Below are positions 20,065-29,367 of a DNA stretch of 64,000 bases, in pieces. Below the pieces are notes generated by a model, which worked only from the letters and a program-made list of their open reading frames with translations, searched no databases and was not told where the DNA came from. Source of the DNA: Alphaproteobacteria bacterium (GTDB lineage: Bacteria; Pseudomonadota; Alphaproteobacteria; Bin95); the NCBI GenBank assembly GCA_964291285.2, contig OZ219787.1:224001-288000 (forward strand), read 5' to 3'. The translations under genes and the position numbers were made by a program. The first letter of the stretch is position 1. Each line of letters begins with the position of its first letter.

Positions 20065-21318
20065 TCAGGCTCCGTCGATCAGGTGCATGAAGGAGCCGGC
20101 GACCCTGCCGCGCCGGAGGCCGGCGGGGCCGAGCGGGCGCTCCTGCGCGTCCGCCATCTCGAACAACGCCTCGCCCGGGCCCTCGCGGAGCGCGCGCGCA
20201 TAGTGGAATTCGTGGCCCCGGAAGGCCCGGCCCGGCGGGAAGCCGCCGCCCTTCGCCGCGAGGCGGCGGTATCCGAGCCGGCGTGCGGGTTCCACGAAGC
20301 TCGTCTCCAGCGGCAGGAGGCCCGCCATGGCGTGGCGCTTGCCCTCCGCATCCTCCAGCCCCTCGCCCAGCACCATGTATCCGCCGCACTCGCCGTAAAC
20401 CGGCCCTTCATGGCGGCGAAGCGCGGCCATGAAACTGCCGGCGGCTGCGAGTCGCCCGGCATGGAGCTCCGGATAGCCGCCCGGCAGGAAGACCGCGTCG
20501 CCCTCCGGCGCCTCGTCGGCGAGGGGCGAGAAGAAGGCGAGTTCGGCCCCGGCGCGCTGCCAGCCGGCCAGCATATGCTCATAGGCGAAGGCGAAGGCCT
20601 CGTCGCGCGCGACCGCGATCCGCTGCCCGGGCGGCGGCAGGGGCGCGCCGTCGGCATGCTCCGCCGCCGGCAGGTTGAGCGGACCGAAGGGCATCGCCGC
20701 CGCCGGGACCAGGTCGGCCGCACGCTCCAGCCAGGCGTCGAGCGCGGGATGTTCGCCCGCCTGCACCAGCCCCAGATGGCGCGATGGCAGAGCGAGTCCC
20801 GGCTCGCGGGGGAGCGCGGCGAGTACCGGCACGGCGCCCGCCCGCTCCCGCAGCAGCGCCTCATGTCGTGCGCCGGCGACCCGGTTCAGGACCGCGCCGG
20901 CGATGCGGATGTCGCCCCGATGGCCTGCGAACCCCTCCAGCAGCGCCGCGACCGACTGGCCCTGCCGCGCGCAGTCCACGACCAGCACGACCGGCCAGCC
21001 GGTGAGCGCTGCCAGGTCGGCCGTCGAGCCGCCGCCGCCCTCCGGCCCGTCGAAGAGGCCCATCACGCCCTCGGCCACGGCGATGTCGGCGTCCCTGCAG
21101 AGCGCCGCCGCCAGCGTTTCGGGGCGCATCGCCCAGGGGTCGAGGTTCAGGCAGGGCCGCCCGGCCGCGGCGGCGAGGAAGCCGGCGTCGATATAGTCCG
21201 GCCCCGCCTTGTAGGGCTGCACGGCGAGGCCCTGCCGCCGGAGCGCACGGACAAGCCCTGCCGCCACCGTCGTCTTGCCGCTGCCCGAGGCCGGAGCGGC
21301 GAGCACGATCCCCTTCAC
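20065..21318 (-). CDS. cobB: cobyrinate a,c-diamide synthase
   Basis: Motifs SGSGKTT, KAGPDYID, EGVMGLFDG, GECGG and GHEFHY. Confidence 0.93.
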   Translation of the reverse strand: MKGIVLAAPASGSGKTTVAAGLVRALRRQGLAVQPYKAGPDYIDAGFLAAAAGRPCLNLDPWAMRPETLAAALCRDADIAVAEGVMGLFDGPEGGGGSTADLAALTGWPVVLVVDCARQGQSVAALLEGFAGHRGDIRIAGAVLNRVAGARHEALLRERAGAVPVLAALPREPGLALPSRHLGLVQAGEHPALDAWLERAADLVPAAAMPFGPLNLPAAEHADGAPLPPPGQRIAVARDEAFAFAYEHMLAGWQRAGAELAFFSPLADEAPEGDAVFLPGGYPELHAGRLAAAGSFMAALRRHEGPVYGECGGYMVLGEGLEDAEGKRHAMAGLLPLETSFVEPARRLGYRRLAAKGGGFPPGRAFRGHEFHYARALREGPGEALFEMADAQERPLGPAGLRRGRVAGSFMHLIDGA

Positions 21319-21905
21319 AGCAGGCGTTTCAGCGCCGCCGCCATGTCGTCCGCCGTCGCCTCATGGCTGAAATGGGTGACATAGCGTCCCTCGCCGTCCA
21401 TCAGGAACAGGATCGAAGAGTGGTCCACCAGGTAGCTGCCGTCCTCCTCCGGGGCGGCCTTGCGGTAGTAGATGCGGAAGGCGCGGGCGGCGGCGGCCAC
21501 CTGCCCGGGTGTGCCGGTAAGCCCCACCGTGCCGGGGTGGAAGTGGCCCGCATAGTCCTTCACGACCCCGGGCGTGTCGCGCTCGGGGTCGATGGACACG
21601 AAGACCAGCCGCACTTTCGAGGCGAGGGCCGGGCCGATCCCGTCAAGCGCCTGGCTCGCATTGAACAGCGTCGTCGGGCAGACATCCGGGCAGAAGGTGT
21701 AGCCGAAATAGATCAGCATGTGCCGGCCGCGGAAGTCGCGCTCCGTCACCTTCCGCCCGTCGCCGTCGATGAGTTCGAACGGCCCGCCGACCGCGGGCCG
21801 GCCCTCCTGCGGCCTGCCTTCCAGCGCCCACCAGAGCCAGTAGCCGGCCAGCGCCGCGACAACGGCGCCGCAGATCAGCAGTCCGAGATGCAGGCCCCTT
21901 CGCAT
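21315..21905 (-). CDS. SCO1/SenC family copper chaperone
   Basis: Motifs FGYTFCPDVCP and YLVDHSS. Confidence 0.93.
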   Translation of the reverse strand: MRRGLHLGLLICGAVVAALAGYWLWWALEGRPQEGRPAVGGPFELIDGDGRKVTERDFRGRHMLIYFGYTFCPDVCPTTLFNASQALDGIGPALASKVRLVFVSIDPERDTPGVVKDYAGHFHPGTVGLTGTPGQVAAAARAFRIYYRKAAPEEDGSYLVDHSSILFLMDGEGRYVTHFSHEATADDMAAALKRLL

Positions 21906-21921
21906 GGGCGCGCGCAGCGGC

Positions 21922-22353
21922 TCAGATCGCGAGCCGCAACAGCGCCGCGAGCACGGCGACGAGCTGGATCATGTTGACGAAGGCGGCGCGCTTGTGGGCG
22001 CGGGTGAACTCGTCCGCCGCGCCGTATTCGCCCCGTTCGCGGGCGTCGAACAGGCGCTGGGTCTGCGGCATGGTCACATAGCGCGAGGCAAGGAAGGCGA
22101 CGGTGACGAGCGCCATGATCGCCGCATCCCAGGGCTGGACCGCGACCGCCGCGAGCGCGGCGACGCCGCAGACCACGGCCATGAACATGTAATAGGGGCC
22201 GAAGGCGTCGCGCATGAAGGCGTCCGCGACCGGCTTGTCCAGCTTGCGGAACACCATGGGCGCGAAGAAGCCGGTGAAGGTCACCATGCCGCCGAAGGCC
22301 AGCGCGCTGGCCGTGACCGCAATCCCGAGAAGCACCGAATCGATACCCGTCAT
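21922..22353 (-). CDS. DUF4149-like membrane protein
   Basis: Four TM segments with APMVFRKL and FTRAHKRA. Confidence 0.65.
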   Translation of the reverse strand: MTGIDSVLLGIAVTASALAFGGMVTFTGFFAPMVFRKLDKPVADAFMRDAFGPYYMFMAVVCGVAALAAVAVQPWDAAIMALVTVAFLASRYVTMPQTQRLFDARERGEYGAADEFTRAHKRAAFVNMIQLVAVLAALLRLAI

Positions 22354-22492
22354 GGGCGCGGGTATAACGCCCGGACGGCGCGCCGGGAAGGGGCAGGCTG
22401 CGCCGATTGCGGCCGCCCGCCCCGTTGCATGTTCTCCGCCCGGCGCGCACTCTTCGCGCCCGAGGGCGACGGAAGCGGACGGGGCGGGGCCC

Positions 22493-23320
22493 ATGAGCGA
22501 GCAGGCCATCAAGAGCATGAAGCTCTATTCGCGGGTGGAGCGGGTCTATGCGCAGCTTCGCGACGCCGGAATTGCCGACGATGGCCCGATTCCCCTCGAT
22601 GTGCTCTGCCGCTTCGACCAGTACCACTATGACGGCGTGGCCGCGGTGGAGGAGGGGATCGCCCGGCTCGCGCTTGCGCCGCATCACCGGGCGCTCGATG
22701 TCGGCTCCGGGCTCGGCGGGCCGGCGCGCATCATCGCCAGCCGGGCGGGCTGCGAGGTCACCGCGCTCGAGCTCCAGCCGGACGTGCATGAGGTCGCCGC
22801 CCGGCTGACCGCGCGCGCCGGCCTGGCGGACCTCGTCCGGCACCGGCAGGGCGACATTCTGGAAGGCGCGCCCGCGCCCGGCGGGTTCGACGCGCTCTTC
22901 GCCTGGCTCGTGTTCCTGCACATTCCCGAGCGCGGGCGCCTCTACCGGCGCTGCCGCGAAGCGCTCCGCCCCGGGGGCGCGATGTATGTCGAGGACTATT
23001 TCGAGCTGGGAACGCTGACCGGCGCAGAACGCGAGACGCTCGCCGGGAAGGTCTATTGCCGCGGCCTGCCCCGGCTGGACGAACTCCGCCGCGACCTCGC
23101 CGGCGCGGGCTTCGCCGAGGTCGAAATCGAGGACGTGACGGCGTTCTGGACGGAGCATGTCGCGGACCGCGCGCGGTCCTGGCGCGCCGGCCGCGAGCGC
23201 GAGACGGCGCTCCACGGCGAAGAGGTCTTCGCCGGGCTCGACGACTTCTATTCCAGCATCGCCGGCCTCTTCCAGGGCGGCAATCTCGGCGGCATGAGGC
23301 TCGTCGCCCGCAGGCGCTGA
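22493..23320 (+). CDS. class I SAM-dependent methyltransferase
   Basis: Motifs LDVGSGLGGPAR, FDQYHYDG and LRPGG. Confidence 0.88.
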   Translation: MSEQAIKSMKLYSRVERVYAQLRDAGIADDGPIPLDVLCRFDQYHYDGVAAVEEGIARLALAPHHRALDVGSGLGGPARIIASRAGCEVTALELQPDVHEVAARLTARAGLADLVRHRQGDILEGAPAPGGFDALFAWLVFLHIPERGRLYRRCREALRPGGAMYVEDYFELGTLTGAERETLAGKVYCRGLPRLDELRRDLAGAGFAEVEIEDVTAFWTEHVADRARSWRAGRERETALHGEEVFAGLDDFYSSIAGLFQGGNLGGMRLVARRR

Positions 23321-23345
23321 CGCGGCGCCGTCCGGAAGGTTCCGC

Positions 23346-24116
23346 TCACCCCGCCCCCAGCCGGCCGAGCCAGTCCAGCCGGGGGCGCAGCGCGGTTATG
23401 GGGCCGAGCGCTATGACGGCGGGGGGCTCGGCCCCGGCGGCCGCTTCGCCGAGGCCGGCCAGCGTGGTCTCGATGACATGCTGGCGCGGGGTGGCGGCGT
23501 GGCTGACGATGACGGCGGGCTCGGCCGGCGGGCGGCCGTGGGCCATCAGGCGCTCGGCGATCGCGCTGATTCGCCGGAGCGCCATGTAGAAGACCAGCGC
23601 GGGCGACCCCCTGGCCAGCGCCTCCCAGTCGAGGCCGCTCGCCTCCGGCGCGGCATGGCCGGAAACGAAAGTGACGGCGGAGTTCACGTCCCGGTGCGTC
23701 GCGGGGACGCCGGCATAGGCAAGCCCGCCGATGCCGGCCGTCACGCCGGGCACGATGCGGAAGGGCACGCCCGCCGCCGCCAGCGCCAGCGCCTCCTCGC
23801 CGCCGCGCCCGAAGACGAACGGGTCGCCGCCCTTGAGCCGCAGCACGCGCCGGCCCGCCTTCGCCTCGGCGACGAGGCGGGCGGAAATGTCCGGCTGGCA
23901 GGGCGAGGGCCGGCCGCCGCGCTTGCCTGCATGGACGATTTGCGCGCCCGCCCGCGCCATCGCCAGCACGCCGGGATCGACCAGCGCGTCATGGACCACG
24001 ACATCGGCGTCCTCGAGCGCGCGGGCGGCGAGCAGGGTCAACAGGCCGGGATCGCCGGGCCCCGCGCCCACGAGCCAGACCTCGCCCGGCGCCAGCCTCC
24101 GCAGGTCGGGAGTCAT
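23346..24116 (-). CDS. cobA: uroporphyrinogen-III C-methyltransferase
   Basis: Motifs VGAGPGDPGLLT and RLKGGDPFVFGRGGEE. Confidence 0.93.
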   Translation of the reverse strand: MTPDLRRLAPGEVWLVGAGPGDPGLLTLLAARALEDADVVVHDALVDPGVLAMARAGAQIVHAGKRGGRPSPCQPDISARLVAEAKAGRRVLRLKGGDPFVFGRGGEEALALAAAGVPFRIVPGVTAGIGGLAYAGVPATHRDVNSAVTFVSGHAAPEASGLDWEALARGSPALVFYMALRRISAIAERLMAHGRPPAEPAVIVSHAATPRQHVIETTLAGLGEAAAGAEPPAVIALGPITALRPRLDWLGRLGAG

Positions 24117-24928
24117 TTCCCCAGCAGGCGGAGCAGCAGGGCGGAGACCGGCGTCATCCGCGCGATGGGGCCGCGGACGAACTGCCCGACCGCCTCGCCG
24201 ACTTCGGGCGGCGGCGGTTCCGCCGGCAGGGCGAGGCCGGCGGCGATCCCGGCAGAGGCCTCGCGCGCGGCTTCGGCCCCGGCGGCGATCGTCGCGGCGA
24301 GCCGCCCGTCGCGGTCGAGCGGGGCAAGCTGCGCCCAGACGAGCGCCAGGTATCCCGGCCAGTAAGCCAGGTGCCGGTAGAGGCTCGCCACCACCGTATC
24401 GCCGCGATTGCCGAGCGCGTTCAGCGCCAGCACAAGGTCGCGTACCTCCGGCGCCAGCGCCTCCATCGCGGGAATCGGCGGCAGCTCGCCCTCGACCGAA
24501 GCTCGCGCGCCGCTCCCGGCCGCGGCCGGTGGGCCGCCGGCGGGCGCGCCCTCCAGCGCCTGCAGCAGCGCGCCGAGGGCGGCCAGGTTCAGCCGGTTGC
24601 CGCGGTCGTAGCTCGCCAGCATGCGGATGACGGCCGCGCGGTCCGCCCCGGAGAGGCCGGCGGCCGGCAGCAGCGCGTCGGGCCAGGGCGGCAGGTCCGG
24701 CAGCGGCGTCCCCGCCAGGATCCGCGCCGCCGCCCCGTCCGCCAGCCCGCCGGCATAGAGCGGGCGCACCGCGGCCCAGGCCCATTCCAGCGCGCCCGGA
24801 AAGTAGGCGAGCCGGCGCCAGATGAGGTTGACCACGGGAACGCCGAGCACGTCCCTTATGTCGGCATAGAGGACGGCGGCGGCTCCGGTCGCCTCGCTCT
24901 CGGGCAGGGTCGGCATGGCGTCGGTCAT
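24113..24928 (-). CDS. DehI-like (group I haloacid dehalogenase fold) two-repeat protein
   Basis: Internal repeat YADIRDVLGVPVVNLIWRRLA..P / VVASLYRHLAYWPGYL. Confidence 0.55.
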   Translation of the reverse strand: MTDAMPTLPESEATGAAAVLYADIRDVLGVPVVNLIWRRLAYFPGALEWAWAAVRPLYAGGLADGAAARILAGTPLPDLPPWPDALLPAAGLSGADRAAVIRMLASYDRGNRLNLAALGALLQALEGAPAGGPPAAAGSGARASVEGELPPIPAMEALAPEVRDLVLALNALGNRGDTVVASLYRHLAYWPGYLALVWAQLAPLDRDGRLAATIAAGAEAAREASAGIAAGLALPAEPPPPEVGEAVGQFVRGPIARMTPVSALLLRLLGK

Positions 24929-24980
24929 GGCCGCCCTGTTTATGTCCGCTTGCCCGCCCGCCGCAAGGGCCGGGGCGCGG

Positions 24981-25715
24981 TCAGTCCACCATGGTGAGGC
25001 CGCCGGAGACGCTCAGCACCTGGCCGGTGACATAGTCGCTGAGCGGCCCGGCGAAGAACAGCACGGCGTTGGCGAGGTCCTGCGGCGTGCCGACCCGGCG
25101 GAAGGGGATGGCGCGGATCAGCGCCTGCTGCATGCGCTCCGGCTGGCCGCGGAAGAGCGGCGTGTCGGTCGGGCCGGGGCAGACCACGTTGACGTTGATG
25201 TTGTGGCGCGCCGTCTCGCGGGCGAGCGACTTGGAAAACGCGATCACCCCGCCCTTGGCCCCGGCATAGACGGTCTCGCCCATCGAGCCGACCCGGCCGG
25301 CGTCGGAGGAGACGGAGACAATCTTGGCCCCGCCCGCCTCGATCATCGCCGGCAGCAGCGCGTGGCACATGCGCACCGCGCCCAGATAGTTGAGCTCGAC
25401 GATGCGCTCGATGAACTCCGGCGTGTTCTCGGTGAACGGCATGATCCGGTCCCAGCCCGCGACATTGGCCAGCACGTCGACGGCGCCGAGCGAGGCGGCG
25501 ATGTCCAGGATGGCGGCCTTGTCGGTGACGTCGAGCGCACGCGCCTCCGCCGAGCCGCCCGCCTCCCTGGCCGCCGCGGCGGTTTCGCCGACAGCCGCCT
25601 CGTCGATGTCGGTCGCGACCACATGCGCGCCCGCCCCGGCGAGCGTCTGGGCCACCGCCCGCCCGATGCCGGAGCCGGCTCCCGTCACGATCGCAGTCTT
25701 CCCGTCAAGGCGCAT
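24981..25715 (-). CDS. SDR oxidoreductase (BadH-like)
   Basis: Motifs TGAGSGIG, SSDAGRVGS, YAGAK and CPGPTDT. Confidence 0.88.
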   Translation of the reverse strand: MRLDGKTAIVTGAGSGIGRAVAQTLAGAGAHVVATDIDEAAVGETAAAAREAGGSAEARALDVTDKAAILDIAASLGAVDVLANVAGWDRIMPFTENTPEFIERIVELNYLGAVRMCHALLPAMIEAGGAKIVSVSSDAGRVGSMGETVYAGAKGGVIAFSKSLARETARHNINVNVVCPGPTDTPLFRGQPERMQQALIRAIPFRRVGTPQDLANAVLFFAGPLSDYVTGQVLSVSGGLTMVD

Positions 25716-25754
25716 GGGGCCCGGTTCCTTTCATTGTGCCTGGGGCAGAGGAGG

Positions 25755-26030
25755 CTATTCGGCGGCCGGCGCGGGGTCGTTGCGGCGCATGATGTAGTCG
25801 TAAACGAAGTCCATCTTGCCTTCGAGGCGGCCCAGCCGGTCGCGCACCTCGCGCATCTCCTCCGCCAGCCCGTCGATGCGCGCGCCGAGCTCCCGCTTCG
25901 CTTCGTCGAGATCGCCTTTCACGCCGTCGATGCGAGCCTCCAGGCGCGCTTCCATGCGGCGCATGCTCTGCCATATCAGCCCGGCAAGGCCGACGCCTAC
26001 GGCGAGGATTGCGATCAGTTCGGGGCTCAC
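25755..26030 (-). CDS. small membrane-anchored coiled-coil protein
   Basis: N-terminal TM helix then heptad repeats (ARIDG twice); GAAGGA upstream of GTG. Confidence 0.65.
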   Translation of the reverse strand: MSPELIAILAVGVGLAGLIWQSMRRMEARLEARIDGVKGDLDEAKRELGARIDGLAEEMREVRDRLGRLEGKMDFVYDYIMRRNDPAPAAE

Positions 26031-26127
26031 GGGCGCGTCCTTCCTGCCAGCCGGGGCGACTCTGCCGGGAATTCCCGGAGGCGGCAAGGGGCGGCTCCCG
26101 CCCGGCGGCGCGGGGAGACCGTCGGCA

Positions 26128-26210
26128 TGTGTCATGGAATGTCATGTTTTGTCATGTTCCGTCATGAGAGACCCCTGCGGGATGTCATGGAATGTCATGT
26201 TTCGTCATGG
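26128..26210. repeat. 10-bp-phased GTCATG direct repeat array (4+3 copies)
   Basis: GTCATG at 26131, 26141, 26151, 26161 and 26184, 26194, 26204. Confidence 0.85.
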
Positions 26211-26576
26211 AAGCCCTCTCCTCCCCGTCCGTCTCCGGCATGCCGTTTCCTCCATCGCGTTCCGTTCTCCTCCCTCCTCCCGCCGCCGCCCGCACCCCGT
26301 GCGGCGGGACCCTATTGCCGCGCGCGTATCGCGTGCGCGCGCGCCCGCGCGCCGCCGCCGGCGCGGTTCGCGCGCCTGATTGCCCGCGCGCGCGAGGCAG
26401 GCCCAGGGCGCACTTCACCCGTTCCCCGGAAAGGGGCCGAAAAAACCCGCCGGCCGCGCCCGCCGCCGGGGTTCCGTTGCTGGGCACGGAATGAAACATA
26501 ATAGCAACGATATGAGATTTCAACCCCTGCGGGGGAGATTTTTTCGGGGACGGCGGAAAAGGCCCGCCGGCCCCGC

Positions 26577-27044
26577 CTATTGCCGCCCGATTTCCTCCGT
26601 CAGCGTATCGAACAGGCGCCGGCAGGCCGGGCAGCGCCTCCGCACCGTCTCCGGGTCTATCCGCCGGAGCAGGTCGCTGGCATGGCCGATCTTGCAGTAT
26701 TCGCCCTTGCCCGTGTTTCTCGTCGCCCGTTCCAGGGCTTTACCGATGTCCGGCGCGGCTTCCAGATTGCCTGTTCGGGGAAGCGCGCCCGCGCTGAAGC
26801 CGGCGCCGTAATAGCCCCTCAACGCCTGCCTGTCGGCGACGATCCATGTCTCCATCATCTGGACCATGAGGTGAATCCGGTCATCGGACGCAAAGCCGAG
26901 GTTCCATCCGTCGTGCTGTTGGAGATGCTGGCCGAAAGTTGCCGCCGTCACCGGGACCTCGGAATCGACCAGCAAAACGAGCAGCCCCGGTTCGCCTTGT
27001 CGGGCAGCCGTCTCGAACGCCCTGAACGTACGCCCCCGGTCTCC
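26577..27044 (-). pseudogene. DUF4276-like protein, C-terminal fragment (IS-interrupted)
   Basis: Motifs LLVDSE, MVQMMETWIVAD and GEYCKIGHA; in frame with 31094-31242 once the IS is removed. Confidence 0.8.
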
Positions 27045-27425
27045 TGTAGGTGACGGTCGTAAAAGGCGCTTATTTGCTGGCGTTGCGCGTTTTTGCGGGG
27101 CGTGATGATCGCAGTGATTGTGGTGCGGCGGTGTTTGTGACGGGGGCCTGGGACGGAAGGAGGGCGTAGCCCGACTGGAGTCGCCGGCCCCCGTCGCGTT
27201 GATATTTTCGCCTGCCGAGGGGAGGGTGTCCTGGCGCTGTCGGCGGGGGTCGCCGGGCTGCGCGAGGGGGTAGACTGGGGCTGCTGAGAACGATGCGGCG
27301 CCGGCCCCGTTTGCTAGGTGGCAACGACCGGCGCCGCACCCCCCGAGCCATGCAAGGCACGGCCCGTATGCGCAGTATCGTAGGCGTTCGGGCGTGGGTC
27401 CACCCCGTTCTCATCGGTCTTTGCG

Positions 27426-27860
27426 ATGAGGAACGCCGCCCGCCTGTTCACCTGCGCTTCGTGCCATCGCCAGGTTGTGCTGTGCCGGCGGTGCGACCAC
27501 GGCAACATCTACTGCTCGCGTCCGTGCAGCGGCCGGGCGCGGCGGCGCTCGCTGCGCCTTGCCGGGCGTCGCTACCAGAACAGCCGGCGGGGCCGTCACA
27601 AGCATGCCGAACGCCAGCGGCGCTACCGCGAGCGCCGTCGCGTCCGTGCGCCTGAGGAGGGGCGCCGTGCGCAGAAAGTGACGCATCACCCTTTGACCCG
27701 TTCACCGCGCCGTCCTGTTGTGGCGGGCATGCCGGCGGGGCGCTCGGGAAGGAGGCCCTTCGGACCCGACCGTCCCGCCGGAGTGTTCCGCTGCGATCAC
27801 TGCGGGCGGTTCTGCGCCCGGGCGGTCTATCCGGGCCTGCGCCCGGCGCGAAGGGAGTGA
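27426..27860 (+). CDS. Cys/Arg-rich putative Zn-finger protein upstream of istA
   Basis: CASC, CRRC, CSRPC and CDHCGRFC; stop lies 1 nt before the istA ATG. Confidence 0.7.
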   Translation: MRNAARLFTCASCHRQVVLCRRCDHGNIYCSRPCSGRARRRSLRLAGRRYQNSRRGRHKHAERQRRYRERRRVRAPEEGRRAQKVTHHPLTRSPRRPVVAGMPAGRSGRRPFGPDRPAGVFRCDHCGRFCARAVYPGLRPARRE

Positions 27861-27861
27861 G

Positions 27862-29367
27862 ATGGCGATCGACCAGCAGACCCGGGCCGAGATCCTGCGG
27901 CTGTATTTTGCCGAGAAGTGGCGGATCGGCACGATCGCGCGCCAGCTCGGCGTCCACCACGGCACGGTCGAGCGCGCGGTGGCGGCCGCCGGGGCGCCCA
28001 CGCCTGAGAAGCGGCGCAGATCTTCGATGATCGATCCGTTCCTGCCCTTCGTCCGCCAGACCCTGGCGGTCTGGCCGAAGTTGCCCTCCAGCCGGCTCTA
28101 CCGGATGGCGGTCGAGCGCGGTTACCGGGGGTGCGAGAGCCACTTCCGGCGCATGATCGCGCCCGAGCGTCCGCGGCCGGTGGCCGAGGCCTATCTGCGC
28201 CTCAAGGCCCTGCCCGGCGAGCAGGCCCAGGTCGACTGGGCCCACTTCGGCAAGGTGAGGATCGGGCGTGCGGAGCGCCCGCTGATGGCCTTCGTGATGG
28301 TGCTCGGCCACTCGCGCCGCCTCTTCCTGCGCTTCTACCTCAACGCCGGGATGGACAACTTCCTGCGCGGCCATGTCGAGGCCTTCGAGGCTTGGCAGGG
28401 CGTGCCCCGCGAGCTCTGGTACGACAATCTGAAGAGCGTCGTGCTGGAGCGGCGCGGCGACGCCATCCGCTTCAATCCCCGGCTTCTCGACTTCGCAGGC
28501 GCCTACCGCTTCCTGCCGAAGCCGGTCGCGGTCGCCCGAGGCAACGAGAAGGGCCGCGTCGAGCGGGCCATACGCTATGTGCGCGACAGCTTCTTCGCCG
28601 CCCGCGCCTGGCGTGACCTCGACGATCTCAACGCCCAGGCCCGGGAGTGGTGCGAGGGCGTCGCCGCCGACCGCCCCTGGCCGGACGACCGCTCCCTCAC
28701 CGTGAGCGAGGCCTTCGAGCGCGAGCGCGGCTCCCTGATGGCGCTGCCCGACGACCGTCCCCCCGTCGACGAGAGGGTCGAGGTCAGGATCGCCAAGACC
28801 CCCTATGCCAGGTTCGACCTCAATGACTACAGCGTCCCGCATACCCATGTCCGGCGCACCCTCACCGTGGCCGCGACGCTGGAAGAGGTGCGCATCCTCG
28901 ACGGCATGGAGGTCATCGCCCGCCATCCGCGCAGCTTCGACAAGGCGGCCCGCATCGAGAACCCCGAACACATTGAGGAGCTGGTCAGGCGCAAGCGTCA
29001 CGCCCGCAGCCTGCGCGGGCAGAGCCGGCTGCTCCAGGCCGCGCCCAACAGCGAGCGCCTGATCGCCGAGGCCGCCCCCCGCGGCGCTTATATCGGCGCC
29101 ACCGTCGCCGCCCTGCTGCGCCTGCTCGACCAATACGGCGCCGCCGAGCTCGAAGCCGCCATCGACGAGGCCCTCGAACGCGGCGTCCCCCATCCCAATG
29201 CCGTGCGCCTCAGCCTCACACGGCGGCGCGAACTGCAGGACAGGCCGCCGCCGATCCCCATCGACCTGCCCAGGGACCCGCGCGTGCGCGACATCGCCGT
29301 GCGCGATCACGATCTCGGCGGATACGACGGGCTGGCCGGCTACCATGAAAAGGACAGCGAAGAATGA
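27862..29367 (+). CDS. istA: IS21 family DDE transposase
   Basis: N-terminal HTH; PGEQAQVDW, YDNLKS and KGRVER give the D-D-E triad. Confidence 0.95.
   Translation: MAIDQQTRAEILRLYFAEKWRIGTIARQLGVHHGTVERAVAAAGAPTPEKRRRSSMIDPFLPFVRQTLAVWPKLPSSRLYRMAVERGYRGCESHFRRMIAPERPRPVAEAYLRLKALPGEQAQVDWAHFGKVRIGRAERPLMAFVMVLGHSRRLFLRFYLNAGMDNFLRGHVEAFEAWQGVPRELWYDNLKSVVLERRGDAIRFNPRLLDFAGAYRFLPKPVAVARGNEKGRVERAIRYVRDSFFAARAWRDLDDLNAQAREWCEGVAADRPWPDDRSLTVSEAFERERGSLMALPDDRPPVDERVEVRIAKTPYARFDLNDYSVPHTHVRRTLTVAATLEEVRILDGMEVIARHPRSFDKAARIENPEHIEELVRRKRHARSLRGQSRLLQAAPNSERLIAEAAPRGAYIGATVAALLRLLDQYGAAELEAAIDEALERGVPHPNAVRLSLTRRRELQDRPPPIPIDLPRDPRVRDIAVRDHDLGGYDGLAGYHEKDSEE

Noticed and set aside
26128-26210. 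GTCATG repeats as a CRISPR array
   Set aside because: 6-bp units with 4-nt gaps, no spacers and no cas genes.
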